A stretch of DNA of 16,623 bases from Fibrobacteria bacterium (GCA_050486505.1 JBJHDK010000053.1:1-16623); one strand, 5' to 3'. Shown: positions 7,617 through 15,458, counted from the first letter of the stretch. Numbers and translations: made by a program. Notes: generated by a model from the sequence alone, not told the origin.

Positions 7617-8678
7617 CTACCGACTCACCGCCCTCCGGTTCGCCCACTGGTCCGCCGCCACTGCGGTGACGAGGATGAGTCCCAAAATGATCTTTTGAAT
7701 GGTCGACGCGACCCCCATCTGTTCCATGCCGTTCAGGATCGACGCCATCAACAGCGCGCCCAGCACCGACATCCACACGTTACCTGATCCGCCGCGCAGG
7801 CTGGTGCCGCCCAACACGCAGGCGGCGATAGCGTAGAGCTCAAGCTGGTCGCCCACGTCGGCCGCGCCCGCCATGAGCTGGGTGGTCGCGGTAAGGCCGG
7901 CCAGCCACGCCATCAGGCCCATCAACCCGAAGGCGAACAGCACCGTGGCGCGTACGGGGATCCCCGCATAGCGCGCGGCCTCGGCATTGCTGCCGAGTGC
8001 GAACACGTAGCGACCCGGGCGTGTCTTCACCGCGAGGAAATGACACAGGGCGGCCGCCGCGCCCAGCGCCAGCACGGAGTAGGGAATACCGCGATCCTGT
8101 TCCGCGACCATGGTCATTCCGAGCACTGCGGCAGCGGCGAGGAGCGCGGGCAGGCGGTGCTCCTTCGAGGACAACGCGACGATAAGCGCGGCCACGGCGA
8201 CCGTGAGCAACCACGCGACGGCGCCTTGCAGGTGACCGTGCCCGAGCAACAGCAAGGTCTCGTCGCGGATGGGAATGACCGGATTGGCGAGATGTTGCTT
8301 GAGGCCCATGTAGGCAAGCAGGCCGCTCAAAGTCACGATGAAGGAAGGGACACGCAAATACGCCACGAACACGCCGTGCAACGACCCTGCGGCGATGCCA
8401 AGCAACGCGCTGGTGACGAGCGCGAAGCCGAGGGGCCAGCCCGAGGCAAGGAGCAGGGCGTTGGCCGCGCCGAGAAATCCGAGCAGCGAGCCTACCGAGA
8501 GATCAATGTGCCCCGACCCGATCACCAGGGTCATTCCCGCGGCCAGGATGCCCACCACGCTCAGGTACTTGAACAGGTTCACCATGTTTCCGGCGGTGAG
8601 CACCGCGCCTTCGGAAAGAAAATGGAAGAGCACCCAGATCAGGGGCACGGCGATGAGCAGGACAAGCGCGCGTTTCAT
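7617..8678 (-). CDS. xylH: Monosaccharide ABC transporter permease (XylH/GguB/RbsC family)
   Basis: GILAAGMTLVIGSGHIDLSVGS, LRVPSFIVTL.G, T..GRYVFALGSNAEAARYAGI, LELYAIAACVLGGTSL.GGSG, L.NGM. The substrate (xylose) is inferred from family resemblance only. Confidence 0.85.
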   Translation of the reverse strand: MKRALVLLIAVPLIWVLFHFLSEGAVLTAGNMVNLFKYLSVVGILAAGMTLVIGSGHIDLSVGSLLGFLGAANALLLASGWPLGFALVTSALLGIAAGSLHGVFVAYLRVPSFIVTLSGLLAYMGLKQHLANPVIPIRDETLLLLGHGHLQGAVAWLLTVAVAALIVALSSKEHRLPALLAAAAVLGMTMVAEQDRGIPYSVLALGAAAALCHFLAVKTRPGRYVFALGSNAEAARYAGIPVRATVLFAFGLMGLMAWLAGLTATTQLMAGAADVGDQLELYAIAACVLGGTSLRGGSGNVWMSVLGALLMASILNGMEQMGVASTIQKIILGLILVTAVAADQWANRRAVSR

Positions 8679-10354
8679 GCGGGGGCATCCTTCGCGGAAA
8701 AGGCCTCGTCAGGGGACTCCGGGAGTCCTCCGGCGGCGAGGGCCAGGGTGGATTCAAGGGACAGTTCGGACGCGGGCCGCTCGGCCACGGTGCGGCCGCC
8801 GCGCAGCACGATCACGCGTCCGGCGAGGCGCAACACTTCTTCCGTCTCGGACGAGATCAGCAGAATGCCCATGCCCTCGCCGGCGAGGTGGCGTATGAGC
8901 GCATAGATCTCTTCCTTCGCGCCGACGTCGACGCCGCGCGTCGGTTCGTCCAGAATGAGAATGCGCGGCCGGGCAAGCAGCGCGCGGCCGAACAGTGATT
9001 TCTGCTGGTTGCCGCCGGAAAGATGCGCCATGGGAAAATCGGTGCCCGGAGTCTTGACGCGCAGCGCGTCGATTTGCGCGGCGACGGCTTCGCGCTCGCG
9101 ACCTTGGTCGGGAATCATGCCGAGGGAGGCGTCCGGACAAAATGCGCGCAGCGCCGAGCAGGTCATGTTCACACGCACGCATTTGTCGGGGAAGATTCCC
9201 TTGCCGCGCCGGTCTTCACCGAGGAGGGCGATGCCGTGGCGCAAGGCGTGGCGCGCGTCGCGGGGAGTGTAGGGGCGGCCCTCGATGCGGAGTTCGCCGT
9301 GCCCGCGCACCGGGTACAGCCCGCACAGGCTTTCCGCCAGCTCGGTGCGACCCGCGCCCATCAGTCCCGCGAGGCCGACGATTTCTCCGGCGCGCAGATC
9401 GAAGGAGACGGCCTCGACGGCGTTCTTGCGCGGGTTCGTGTCGGAGGGAACGGTCCAGTCGCGGAGGGAGAGGAGGGAAGGAGAAGAACGGGAAATGGAC
9501 AATGGGAAGTGGGAAGTGGAGAGGGCGTTGCCTGTTCCTTTTTCCATTTCCCATTTCCCATTGTCCATTCTGCCACCGACCATCATCGACACCACGCGCG
9601 TCATCTCGATGCCGGAACCCTCGAGCGTTCCCTCGCTGCGACCGTTGCGCAACACGGTGACGCGGTCCGCGAGGCGTTTCACTTCGTCGAGTCGGTGCGA
9701 GATGTAGAGAAGTCCATAGCCTTTGGCACGCAACGCGCGCAGGACTTCCTCAAGCCGCGCGGTCTCGCGCGCACTGAGCGCGGACGTCGGCTCGTCGAGG
9801 ATTAGTACGCGCCCCCCAAACGGAATGGAATGCACCGGGGCACCGGAGGCCGACGCCGTACCGCGCCGCTCGCAGCCTGGCGTGCGCAGCGCGCGTGCGA
9901 TTTCCACCATTTGCTGCAGCCCCACCGGCAAGGAACCGACCGGCGCGCGCGGATCGATGTCATCGAGTCCCAGCTGCGCCAGCGCGGCCCGGGTTTCCGA
10001 TTCCATGCGGGCCCCGTCCAGCAATGCGTACTTCAGGGGTTCCCCCCCCAAAAAAAAGTTGGCGGCAACCGACAAGTCGTTGCACAGCGCGAGTTCCTGG
10101 TGGATGACGCGGATGCCGACTTTCAGTGCGTCGGCAGGGCCGGAAAAGCGGCAGGGGGTTCCCTCCAGCGTCAGCTCTCCGCCATGGGATCCGTGGGGGA
10201 TGACGCCGCCGAGAATCTTGATGAGGGTCGATTTGCCCGCGCCGTTTTCACCGCACAGCGCGTGGATTTCTCCGGCGCGCAGGTCGAAGTCGACCCCGTC
10301 GAGCGCCCGCACGCCGGGATACGACATCGACAGGCGGCGTGCGGTCAACAGCAT
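8675..10354 (-). CDS. xylG: Monosaccharide ABC transporter ATP-binding protein with two fused ABC domains (XylG/RbsA family), carrying two in-frame insertions
   Basis: YPGVRALDGV, Walker A GENGAGKST, IHQEL, QQMVEIARAL, LILDEPTSAL, YISHRLDEV; second domain GLAGLMGAGRTE, EDRR..G, LSGGNQQK, ILDEPTRGVDVGAKEEIY, ISSE. ATGA overlap with the permease. Confidence 0.9.
   Translation of the reverse strand: MLLTARRLSMSYPGVRALDGVDFDLRAGEIHALCGENGAGKSTLIKILGGVIPHGSHGGELTLEGTPCRFSGPADALKVGIRVIHQELALCNDLSVAANFFLGGEPLKYALLDGARMESETRAALAQLGLDDIDPRAPVGSLPVGLQQMVEIARALRTPGCERRGTASASGAPVHSIPFGGRVLILDEPTSALSARETARLEEVLRALRAKGYGLLYISHRLDEVKRLADRVTVLRNGRSEGTLEGSGIEMTRVVSMMVGGRMDNGKWEMEKGTGNALSTSHFPLSISRSSPSLLSLRDWTVPSDTNPRKNAVEAVSFDLRAGEIVGLAGLMGAGRTELAESLCGLYPVRGHGELRIEGRPYTPRDARHALRHGIALLGEDRRGKGIFPDKCVRVNMTCSALRAFCPDASLGMIPDQGREREAVAAQIDALRVKTPGTDFPMAHLSGGNQQKSLFGRALLARPRILILDEPTRGVDVGAKEEIYALIRHLAGEGMGILLISSETEEVLRLAGRVIVLRGGRTVAERPASELSLESTLALAAGGLPESPDEAFSAKDAPA
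9494..9569. repeat. Heptamer-repeat inverted repeat inserted in frame in the ABC ATPase linker
   Basis: aatggacaatgggaagtgggaagtggaga (9494-9522) versus the reverse complement of 9541-9569 aatggacaatgggaaatgggaaatggaaa (26/29). Translated as MDNGKWEMEKGTGNALSTSHFPLSI. Confidence 0.9.
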
Positions 10355-10371
10355 GGTTGTCGGCAGATGTT

Positions 10372-10410
10372 GAAGCAGGGTTGTCCGCCAGAGGCGGACG
10401 CCCCTACTTC
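10372..10410. repeat. GTAG-type REP-like palindrome containing the stop codon of the GH2-like gene
   Basis: Minus strand gaagtaggggcgtccgcc-tct-ggcggacaaccctgcttc (arms match at 15/18). TAG at 10406-10404. Confidence 0.8.
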
Positions 10411-13154
10411 GCGAGGTTGATCACTCCCGCGAACAGTGCATCGGCCAAGGCGTTCTTGCCAAGCCGCTCGAAGATCTCGAACTGGCAGAACACCAGCTTG
10501 CCCTTGCCATGCGGCAAGACGGCGAGATCGGCACCCCAGCGCACTTTGTGCTTGGCGCCCGGCGTCCCGTTGATGTTCAGGCTGCCGGCGTGAACTTCCG
10601 CGGCGTCCGCGAGACCGTCGATGCTGCAGACGGGTTGCACTTCGGCGAAGGTCTCGTCGAGCAGGCCCGGCGCGGGCAGGTCCTTGAAGACGGGGCTTTT
10701 GCCCAGCCAGTGGTAGTTGCCTTGCGGCCCGCCCGCGGAGCGGATTCCGGAGAGGCCGGAGGGGAAGCCTTTGAGGCCCTGGACCCGCTTGACGTCTTCT
10801 TCATTCAACGCGCCGAGTACCAGCGCGCCGCCCTGCGAGGCGCGCTCCAGCGCCTTCTTGAGCGCGGAATCGGAAACATCGTGCAGGCCGGTGGCCACGG
10901 TGATCGGGGCCTCCTCGGCGGCGGAGAAGGTGACCGTGTCGGGGAAGGTTCCCAGCAAGGAGACTTTCTTGAGCACGTTGTCGAGCTTGACTTCGGGCGG
11001 AACGAGGAAAACCTCTTCCGTGCGATCGAGCTCTTTGTTGTTGCGGGTCAGCGTAAGATCGAAGGTGAAGCGGCCGCGTTCGAAACCCACGGGGAACTTG
11101 AAGGTGCCGGCGGAATTGAAGCCCGGCTTGGCCTTGCCTTTCACCGACTCCTGGTGCCACACGCGGCCGTTGGGGCCTTTCACGCGGAATTGGACGGCGT
11201 AGTCGCCGAGGTGCCCCTCGTTGATGAGATGCACCTTGACCGAGGCGGAGCTTCCGGAGTAGGGTGTCCGCTCTTCGACTTCCGCGAACATGACGATGGT
11301 GCGATTGGCCAGCTTCAGGGATTCCAGGAATTCCTGCTTGGGGGTACGCATCCAGTCGAACACGCCTGTGAAGCGCAGACCTTGGTCCAGGGCATTCTCG
11401 AGGAAGTAGCCGGAGATCTGCGTATTGCTGAGCAGCGCCTCGATCTGGCGTGTCACCGACTGGCGGCCGAGGGTATCGGCGTCATCGAAAAAGTTCTGTG
11501 CGGTTTTCCAGAAGGTGAGGCCGCGATCCTTGATACCCTGGTCGATCTCCTGCACGAGCTTCACGAGGTCCTTGCAGTCCGTCGAGGAAGAGAACTTCTT
11601 CGCCGACTCCAACAGGGCCTCGGTATTGCCGAAGACCGGCACGCCGATTCCGTCGACGAGCACCTTGCCGGCCACCTGCTCCTTGAGGTAGCTGTAGCGC
11701 TCCCAGAACGACTTGTTGCCGTGAATGCCGTCGGAGACGGCCTTGCCGTCCTTCGAGGTGCAGTAGGAGGTCATCATCGCATAGCTGCGCTGCGCCAGCG
11801 GGTACCCCAAACGGATTTTGTGGCCTTCGAAGGGCACGATTTGCGCCGACACGGGCTCATAAACCTTGCCGAGGTCGACCTTGCCGCCGCCCTGGTTGTC
11901 GAGGTGCACCGAACCGAGGTTCGAGAACACCGGCCGGGTCGGATCCAGGTCGGCCGCGAGGCGGAGCATTTTGTTGCCGTTCTCGAGAGCGAGAGAGCCG
12001 TTCTCCGAGGCGACCACCCAGCCGAAGACGGAGGGATGGTGGCTGTCACGTTCGATCAGCGCCTGCAGCTGGGCCTTCACGGAGTCCACGCCCTCGCGGC
12101 TTGACTTTTGATTGTACGCCGAGGTCTCCTGCAACACAAGCAACCCGATCTCGTCGCAGATGTCGAGGACTTCGGGGGGCAACGGGGTTCCGAAGCCGCG
12201 GATCAGGTTGAAGCCGGCATCCTTGAGCGCCAGCAACTCCTTGCGAATGTCCACGGAGGAGTGGGGGAGCCCGTTGCGGAAGTTGAAGAACCAGGGGTAC
12301 CCCGTGCCGCGCACCTTGAAGTTCGAATGGTTCAGGCGGAAGGTGCCTTTGTCCACCTCGACGCCGCGCATGCCGAAGCGGACGCTTGCGATCGGGCTCC
12401 CCGGAATGCGAACCTGAAGCGTGTACAGCTCTGGCTTCGTCGGACTCCACGGTTTGCCGCCGTCGAGTTGCAGGGTGATCAGGTAGGAGCTGTTCTCCTT
12501 GTCGAGGCGGATGTTCTTCACCAAAGTCTGGGTTTCGCCGCCCGGGTTGGTGATGTCGAAGGCTGCTTCGGCCTGGAAGCTGCGCGCATTCGAGAAGCGG
12601 AGTTCCACCGTGATGCGATCGGCCTCGTAGTCGGGCAGCACGTTGACGGAACGGATCACGGCCTTGGCGGCGGTCTGCAGCTCCACCGGCGCGAGCAGGC
12701 CCGCGTACGGCGCGCGCTGGTACGAGTTCCCCAACGGGAGTTCGTTGGCTTCGTGCTCCCCGAGACGCCCGTGCTTGTCGGTGGCTTGCACGCGCACCAC
12801 CAGGAGGTTGCTTTCCGTCGGCTTGATGTTTTTGCCGGCATCGATGTCGTAGGGGGCGTGTCCGAAGTGACGGGAACCGAGCTCCTCGCCGTTCAGCCAT
12901 ACCGTGCAGTGGGGGTGGGCCGAATGGAGGCGCAGCATGAAACGCTTGGCCACATCCTTTTTGTCGAGCGTGAACTCACGGAAGTAGAAGGCCACGGAGG
13001 CGCTTTCAGGGTTCGGTTCCTCCGTGAAGTGGTGGGGCACGGTCACCTTGCGGGTGTTTTCGGGCTTCAGCCTGAACCACTGTCCGGCGATGCCTTCGTC
13101 GGCAACGTCAAAGCAAAATTCCCAACCGTCTTCCAAGCGAATGATCTCGGCCAT
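10404..13154 (-). CDS. Glycoside hydrolase family 2-like protein (sugar-binding, Ig-like and TIM-barrel domains plus a C-terminal extension) with degenerate catalytic motifs
   Basis: L.DGWEF, VTVPH, VWLNGEELG...GHAPY..D, N.LVVRV, WSP..PELYTL, RFGMR.VEV....F.LN, GFNLIR, LDICDEIGLLV.QE, RD.HHPSVFGW..ASE, LDPTRPV. Start placed at ATG 13154 (SD-like gggag) rather than TTG 13223; no signal peptide. Confidence 0.85.
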   Translation of the reverse strand: MAEIIRLEDGWEFCFDVADEGIAGQWFRLKPENTRKVTVPHHFTEEPNPESASVAFYFREFTLDKKDVAKRFMLRLHSAHPHCTVWLNGEELGSRHFGHAPYDIDAGKNIKPTESNLLVVRVQATDKHGRLGEHEANELPLGNSYQRAPYAGLLAPVELQTAAKAVIRSVNVLPDYEADRITVELRFSNARSFQAEAAFDITNPGGETQTLVKNIRLDKENSSYLITLQLDGGKPWSPTKPELYTLQVRIPGSPIASVRFGMRGVEVDKGTFRLNHSNFKVRGTGYPWFFNFRNGLPHSSVDIRKELLALKDAGFNLIRGFGTPLPPEVLDICDEIGLLVLQETSAYNQKSSREGVDSVKAQLQALIERDSHHPSVFGWVVASENGSLALENGNKMLRLAADLDPTRPVFSNLGSVHLDNQGGGKVDLGKVYEPVSAQIVPFEGHKIRLGYPLAQRSYAMMTSYCTSKDGKAVSDGIHGNKSFWERYSYLKEQVAGKVLVDGIGVPVFGNTEALLESAKKFSSSTDCKDLVKLVQEIDQGIKDRGLTFWKTAQNFFDDADTLGRQSVTRQIEALLSNTQISGYFLENALDQGLRFTGVFDWMRTPKQEFLESLKLANRTIVMFAEVEERTPYSGSSASVKVHLINEGHLGDYAVQFRVKGPNGRVWHQESVKGKAKPGFNSAGTFKFPVGFERGRFTFDLTLTRNNKELDRTEEVFLVPPEVKLDNVLKKVSLLGTFPDTVTFSAAEEAPITVATGLHDVSDSALKKALERASQGGALVLGALNEEDVKRVQGLKGFPSGLSGIRSAGGPQGNYHWLGKSPVFKDLPAPGLLDETFAEVQPVCSIDGLADAAEVHAGSLNINGTPGAKHKVRWGADLAVLPHGKGKLVFCQFEIFERLGKNALADALFAGVINLAK

Positions 13155-13333
13155 GCGACTCCCTGAATCGGTGTGACCCCCGTCCGCAGGCGCGGTCAGA
13201 GGCGTTTCACCGCGAATTGACAAGGTGAGCCAAGATAGGAAAATGTCGGGACTTTTGCCTGAAATCGGGACAAAACCTCAACTTGCAATGAACGGGAGAG
13301 CTCCTTTTACATGCTTGGGATCCCGCTTCAGGC

Positions 13334-13370
13334 AAAAAAATCCCCCCCGGCCCGAAGGCGCGGGAGGGAT
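13334..13370 (-). terminator. Intrinsic terminator after the R/E-rich protein gene
   Basis: Minus strand atccctcccg-cgcc-ttcg-ggc-cggggggga-ttttttt: stem capped by a cUUCGg tetraloop, followed by a 7-U run. Confidence 0.88.
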
Positions 13371-13397
13371 GCACCCCATCCGGAGGTGAACTTCGGA

Positions 13398-14207
13398 TCA
13401 AGCCTTGATGTCTTCTCCGTCGAGTTCGAAGCGAGGCTTCTTCTTCAACTGAAGGCGGCGTCCGTGCTGCACGTCGTCGTTGCCGGAGCCTACGAAGGTG
13501 TCGGAATCATCATTCTTCGTGGAGGAGCGCGCTTCGCGGGCCTCGTCGTTCCCGGCAAGGTTCGGCAGGGGACGGCGGGGAGACAGGGGGGCCTGTTCCT
13601 GGGCCGCCGCAGCCGCAGGAGCGGCTGCCTGGGGCGCCGACTCGCGGACTTCGCTACGCGGTTCCCGTGCTTCACGAGGCTCGCGGGCATCGTTGTTGTC
13701 CATCAACTCGCGCTGGGGACGGTCACCGCCGCGCTCACGGCCGTCACGGTTGCGATCACGATCGCGTCCGCGACCACGGCCGCCGCGCTCGCCGTCATTA
13801 CGGTCACGTCCTTCGCCGCGGCCGCCTTCGGCGCGCTCCGGGCGATCACCGCGATCGGAACGTTCTGCGCGCTCCGGACGGTCGCCACGGCCTTCCTGGC
13901 CATCACGGTCACGCCCGCGACCACGGCCGCGGCCACGGCCGCCTTCGCCGCGCTCCGGGCGATCACCGCGATCGGAACGTTCTGCACGCTCCGGACGGTC
14001 GCCGCGACCTTCCTGGCCGCCACGGCGGTTGCGATCCAGGGCCTCGTCAAGCTTGACGGGCTTCAGGCGGAGTTGGGGGGACATTTTCTTGACAACGGGT
14101 TGTTGGAGCAGGTAGTGGATGGTTTTGATTTTGGCCGCGAGATACAATCCCACGATCAAGGTGGCGGCCACGAGGGCCAGAATGAGATAGGTCAAGGTGG
14201 TTTCCAT
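13398..14207 (-). CDS. Hypothetical membrane-anchored protein with a long R/D/E/G-rich disordered region
   Basis: METTLTYLILALVAATLIVGLYLAA (single TM), then KKMSPQLRLK, RGDRPER/RGRGR repeats and a C-terminal VQHGRRLQLKKKPRF. High-expression codon style and a terminator downstream. Start placed at ATG 14207; the track's 97-aa upstream extension does not look coding. Confidence 0.8.
   Translation of the reverse strand: METTLTYLILALVAATLIVGLYLAAKIKTIHYLLQQPVVKKMSPQLRLKPVKLDEALDRNRRGGQEGRGDRPERAERSDRGDRPERGEGGRGRGRGRGRDRDGQEGRGDRPERAERSDRGDRPERAEGGRGEGRDRNDGERGGRGRGRDRDRNRDGRERGGDRPQRELMDNNDAREPREAREPRSEVRESAPQAAAPAAAAAQEQAPLSPRRPLPNLAGNDEAREARSSTKNDDSDTFVGSGNDDVQHGRRLQLKKKPRFELDGEDIKA
13819..14018 (-). 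repeat. Internal duplication (period 117 bp) in the low-complexity region
   Basis: GQEGRGDRPERAERSDRGDRPER(G/A)EGGRG is encoded twice; gatcggaacgttctgc occurs at 13853 and 13970. Confidence 0.9.
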
Positions 14208-14665
14208 GCGGAAGGTTCCTGGTTCTATGTGTTCCGGTTCCGTGCCGGGGCCCGCGCTTCGCTGAAGGGCGGGGATTGTGGCCGGTGCACCGGAGTCGCG
14301 TCCTGATTGGTATTGCCGCCTCCCCGTGGACGCGGAAAAATTCCGGGCGAGGGGCGCGGTACCGAAGTGTTTGAACCGGGTGTTCGGGATTTGGATCGCC
14401 TGTGGGTTCCGCGTCCGGCCTTCCGGTTCCGTCTTCGACTGTCGTGAAGAGGGGAGATGGAAGGGGGATGGCGGGGCGTCACATGGTTGCCCGTACACCT
14501 GAAAACCGCGATCGTCGCGTGAAGCGAGGATGTTGCGGGGGTGCCAATCGGACGATCGACGAAAAAACCGCTAAAACCTGGCTCAATGCGGCCCAATGGC
14601 CTGCAAGTACCGTGAGGGAAGTTAACTCCCCCGAAGAATGTTTTCAACAAAATCTGGTGAACTGA

Positions 14666-14694
14666 TTGACACATGATTATTTGTGCAGTATATT
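14666..14694 (+). promoter_or_regulatory. sigma70 promoter of lexA with a candidate LexA operator in the spacer
   Basis: TTGACA (14666-14671), exact 17-nt spacer, TATATT (14689-14694). The spacer holds the dyad CACA-N8-TGTG (14670-14685). Confidence 0.8.
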
Positions 14695-14724
14695 CCGGGC
14701 AGAATTTCACCCCGGAGGTTCCCC

Positions 14725-15414
14725 GTGAGCACCGTGAAGCCCCAGTCCGGCCCCGCCGCTAATCCTGCAAAAGAAACCCGTAAAGCCCTGACTGCGCGCC
14801 AGCGCGAGGTTTTTGAGTTCATCAAGGATCGCATCCAGTCAGACAGCCGCCCGCCCACGCTGCGCGAGATCGGCATCCGTTTCGACATCACCTCCACCAA
14901 TGGCGTGCGCAGCATTCTGCATGCCCTGGCGAAGAAGGGGTATATCGAGCGTTCGCCCAAGCTTTCGCGAGGGATCGACCTGCCCGAGATGGAGAAGGCG
15001 GCGGCCGAAACGGCCCGTGAAGGTGCCGTGGAAGTTCCCATCCTGGGACGGGTCGCGGCGGGAACTCCCATTCTTGCAGTGGAGAACCTTGAGGGGACCG
15101 TGGTTGTCGACCGCGACTTCCTCATGCGCCAGGAAAACGTCTTTGCCCTCAAGGTGCAGGGCGACAGCATGAAGGACGCCGGCATCATGGACGGCGACCT
15201 GCTCTTCGCGCGTCAGCAACGCACCGCCGAGCGCGGTCAGATCGTGGTGGCCCTGTTGGGCGAGGAAACCACGGTGAAGTACTACTACCCCGAAGGCACC
15301 TATGTGCGCCTGCAGCCCGCCAACGACGCCTACGGCCCCATCATCGTGGGGCAAGATATTGTGGACTTCTCCGTACTGGGCCGCGTGATCGGGATCATGA
15401 GAAACTATCGGTAA
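14725..15414 (+). CDS. lexA: LexA SOS repressor
   Basis: w[15 protein letters not shown]...[15 protein letters not shown]...L.AL.KKGYIER; cleavage site LGRVAAGTP; catalytic Ser (GDSM) and Lys (TVK). Start placed at GTG 14725 after SD ggagg (14714-14718); the track start at 14683 lies inside the promoter. Confidence 0.97.
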   Translation: MSTVKPQSGPAANPAKETRKALTARQREVFEFIKDRIQSDSRPPTLREIGIRFDITSTNGVRSILHALAKKGYIERSPKLSRGIDLPEMEKAAAETAREGAVEVPILGRVAAGTPILAVENLEGTVVVDRDFLMRQENVFALKVQGDSMKDAGIMDGDLLFARQQRTAERGQIVVALLGEETTVKYYYPEGTYVRLQPANDAYGPIIVGQDIVDFSVLGRVIGIMRNYR

Positions 15415-15430
15415 TCGGGCGTGTCGCTGT

Positions 15431-15458
15431 GTAGGGACGATGCATGCATCGTCCCTAC
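15431..15458. repeat. GTAG-type REP-like perfect 28-bp palindrome containing the queG stop codon
   Basis: gtagggacgatgca|tgcatcgtccctac between convergent lexA and queG; queG TAG at 15457-15455. Confidence 0.92.

Noticed and set aside
13819..14018. Link between the 117-bp period here and in the propeller gene
   Set aside because: The sequences are unrelated; the shared period looks coincidental.
14208..14498. 97-aa N-terminal extension of the R/E-rich protein, and the extensions of xseA (4126), GH2 (13223) and lexA (14683)
   Set aside because: The extensions run through repeats or promoters or are non-protein-like; better starts lie downstream, with SD-like sequences for GH2 and lexA.
14530..14550. 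sigma54 promoter (TGGCAC on the minus strand)
   Set aside because: No TTGC -12 element at the required spacing.
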